64,000 bases of DNA, from assembly GCA_000934665.2 (NCBI GenBank), contig JYFJ02001946.1:1-64000 (forward strand), written 5' to 3'. The notes beneath the pieces are model-generated. The model ran no database searches, was not told where the DNA came from, and saw nothing but the letters and a program-made list of their open reading frames with translations. The translations under genes and the position numbers were made by a program. The stretch comes from Catajapyx aquilonaris (taxonomy: Eukaryota). The first letter of the stretch is position 1; every line of letters begins with the position of its first letter. This document shows positions 63,111-64,000 of this stretch, in pieces.

Positions 63111-63996
63111 TCAAATACCCAGATCACATGACGATCTGAAGAGATGGCCTGGTATTGAACCAATAGAACAAATAATATATATCGTCTCAATAATATTTTT
63201 ACGCATGCAGAAATGTACAGTACCTTGGTGATACAACCCGGACACCACGAGTTCTTTCAACTCTGTGCAGTCCCGAATGAAGCGCTTGATCCTGGCCCCG
63301 TGGTTCATGCAGGTAATATTAACAAGACTAAGCGACCCCAAGGTGGGAGCGCTTTTTCTGACAGCATTAAACAACGTGTTTGTGTTTCCAGACCTCCAAT
63401 TCCTCAGCTCCAGTTGTTTAAGCCATCTCATGCCAAGAAGCCACTCGGCGGCATGTGGGCAGTTCAGTCCTAAGGCCTCACCGTCCAGCGTGACCCGTTT
63501 CCACAGAGATGGATCTTTCGCCAGCTGTTCCCAAGATTTGCAGACCAACGCAGCTTTTGTCACCAGCTCTTCTTCGGTTAGGTAAGAGAACACCTTCAAC
63601 ATCATCTCAGGAGGAAGCCGCGAAAAGCCCCCTTGAATCTGAAAAGTAATGTGAATGCCATGGTGTGCGTCAAATTATTATTGACCAGTTAGGGATTTAA
63701 CCAGCAGGCAAGTGGCCATAACTTCGCTGTAACTAATTAATGGTGTTCAAATATTTTTCAAATATTGTTTGACTTACGATTACGACTTCCATGCTCTTGC
63801 CCTCATCACTTTTGTTCCTGCTTCTCTTCATATTTTTAGGCCCCTGTCCTTCTTTCTCTTCCCTTACTCCTGCAACATTCACCACACTTCGTCTGCATGT
63901 CTTCCCAACTATTCCAGCAGTTTCATTACCAGATTGGTCTTCAGTGGGTCCCTGCCTCTTCCTACCTGACCTCCTCAATGTTCCAGATGAGATCAT
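63111..63996 (-). CDS. F-box/LRR (FBXL-like) protein; 5' end may extend beyond the window and the 3' end may be truncated
   Basis: Exon 63778-63996 splices to 63224-63638: FSRLPPEMMLKVFSYL...ALVCKSWEQLAKDPSLWKRVTL (F-box), then LKQLEL, LGSLSL and CTELKELVVSG LRR-like repeats. Confidence 0.85.
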
Positions 63997-64000
63997 GATG

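Overview
Eukaryotic, intron-rich genomic DNA, most likely arthropod (gcm sequence and TTAGG-type motifs). Three tightly packed minus-strand genes, gcm (28.7-36.0 kb), RB1CC1/FIP200/Atg17 (19.2-27.0 kb) and TP53BP1 (6.1-16.6 kb), are followed by about 10 kb of non-coding DNA upstream of gcm and a plus-strand Spo11 (46.4-48.9 kb). Downstream of Spo11 is a duplication-rich cluster. A tandem duplication copies the Spo11 3' end (decayed in copy 2), a degenerate Cys-rich ORF and an intact, spliced, stand-alone 128-aa retropepsin-like gene with a D-T-T active-site motif. Beyond it lie two paralogous C4 zinc-ribbon genes and an F-box/LRR gene. A 53BP1 intron holds a 4.6-kb Harbinger-like element carrying a Ly6/three-finger GPI-anchor-type gene, itself hit by another TIR element, and a paralogous Ly6 exon lies at 0.75-0.97 kb. 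Many non-autonomous piggyBac, hAT, Tc1/mariner and Harbinger elements and two tRNA-type SINEs are present. Exon boundaries were read by eye from GT/AG signals and frame continuity. No database searches were run.
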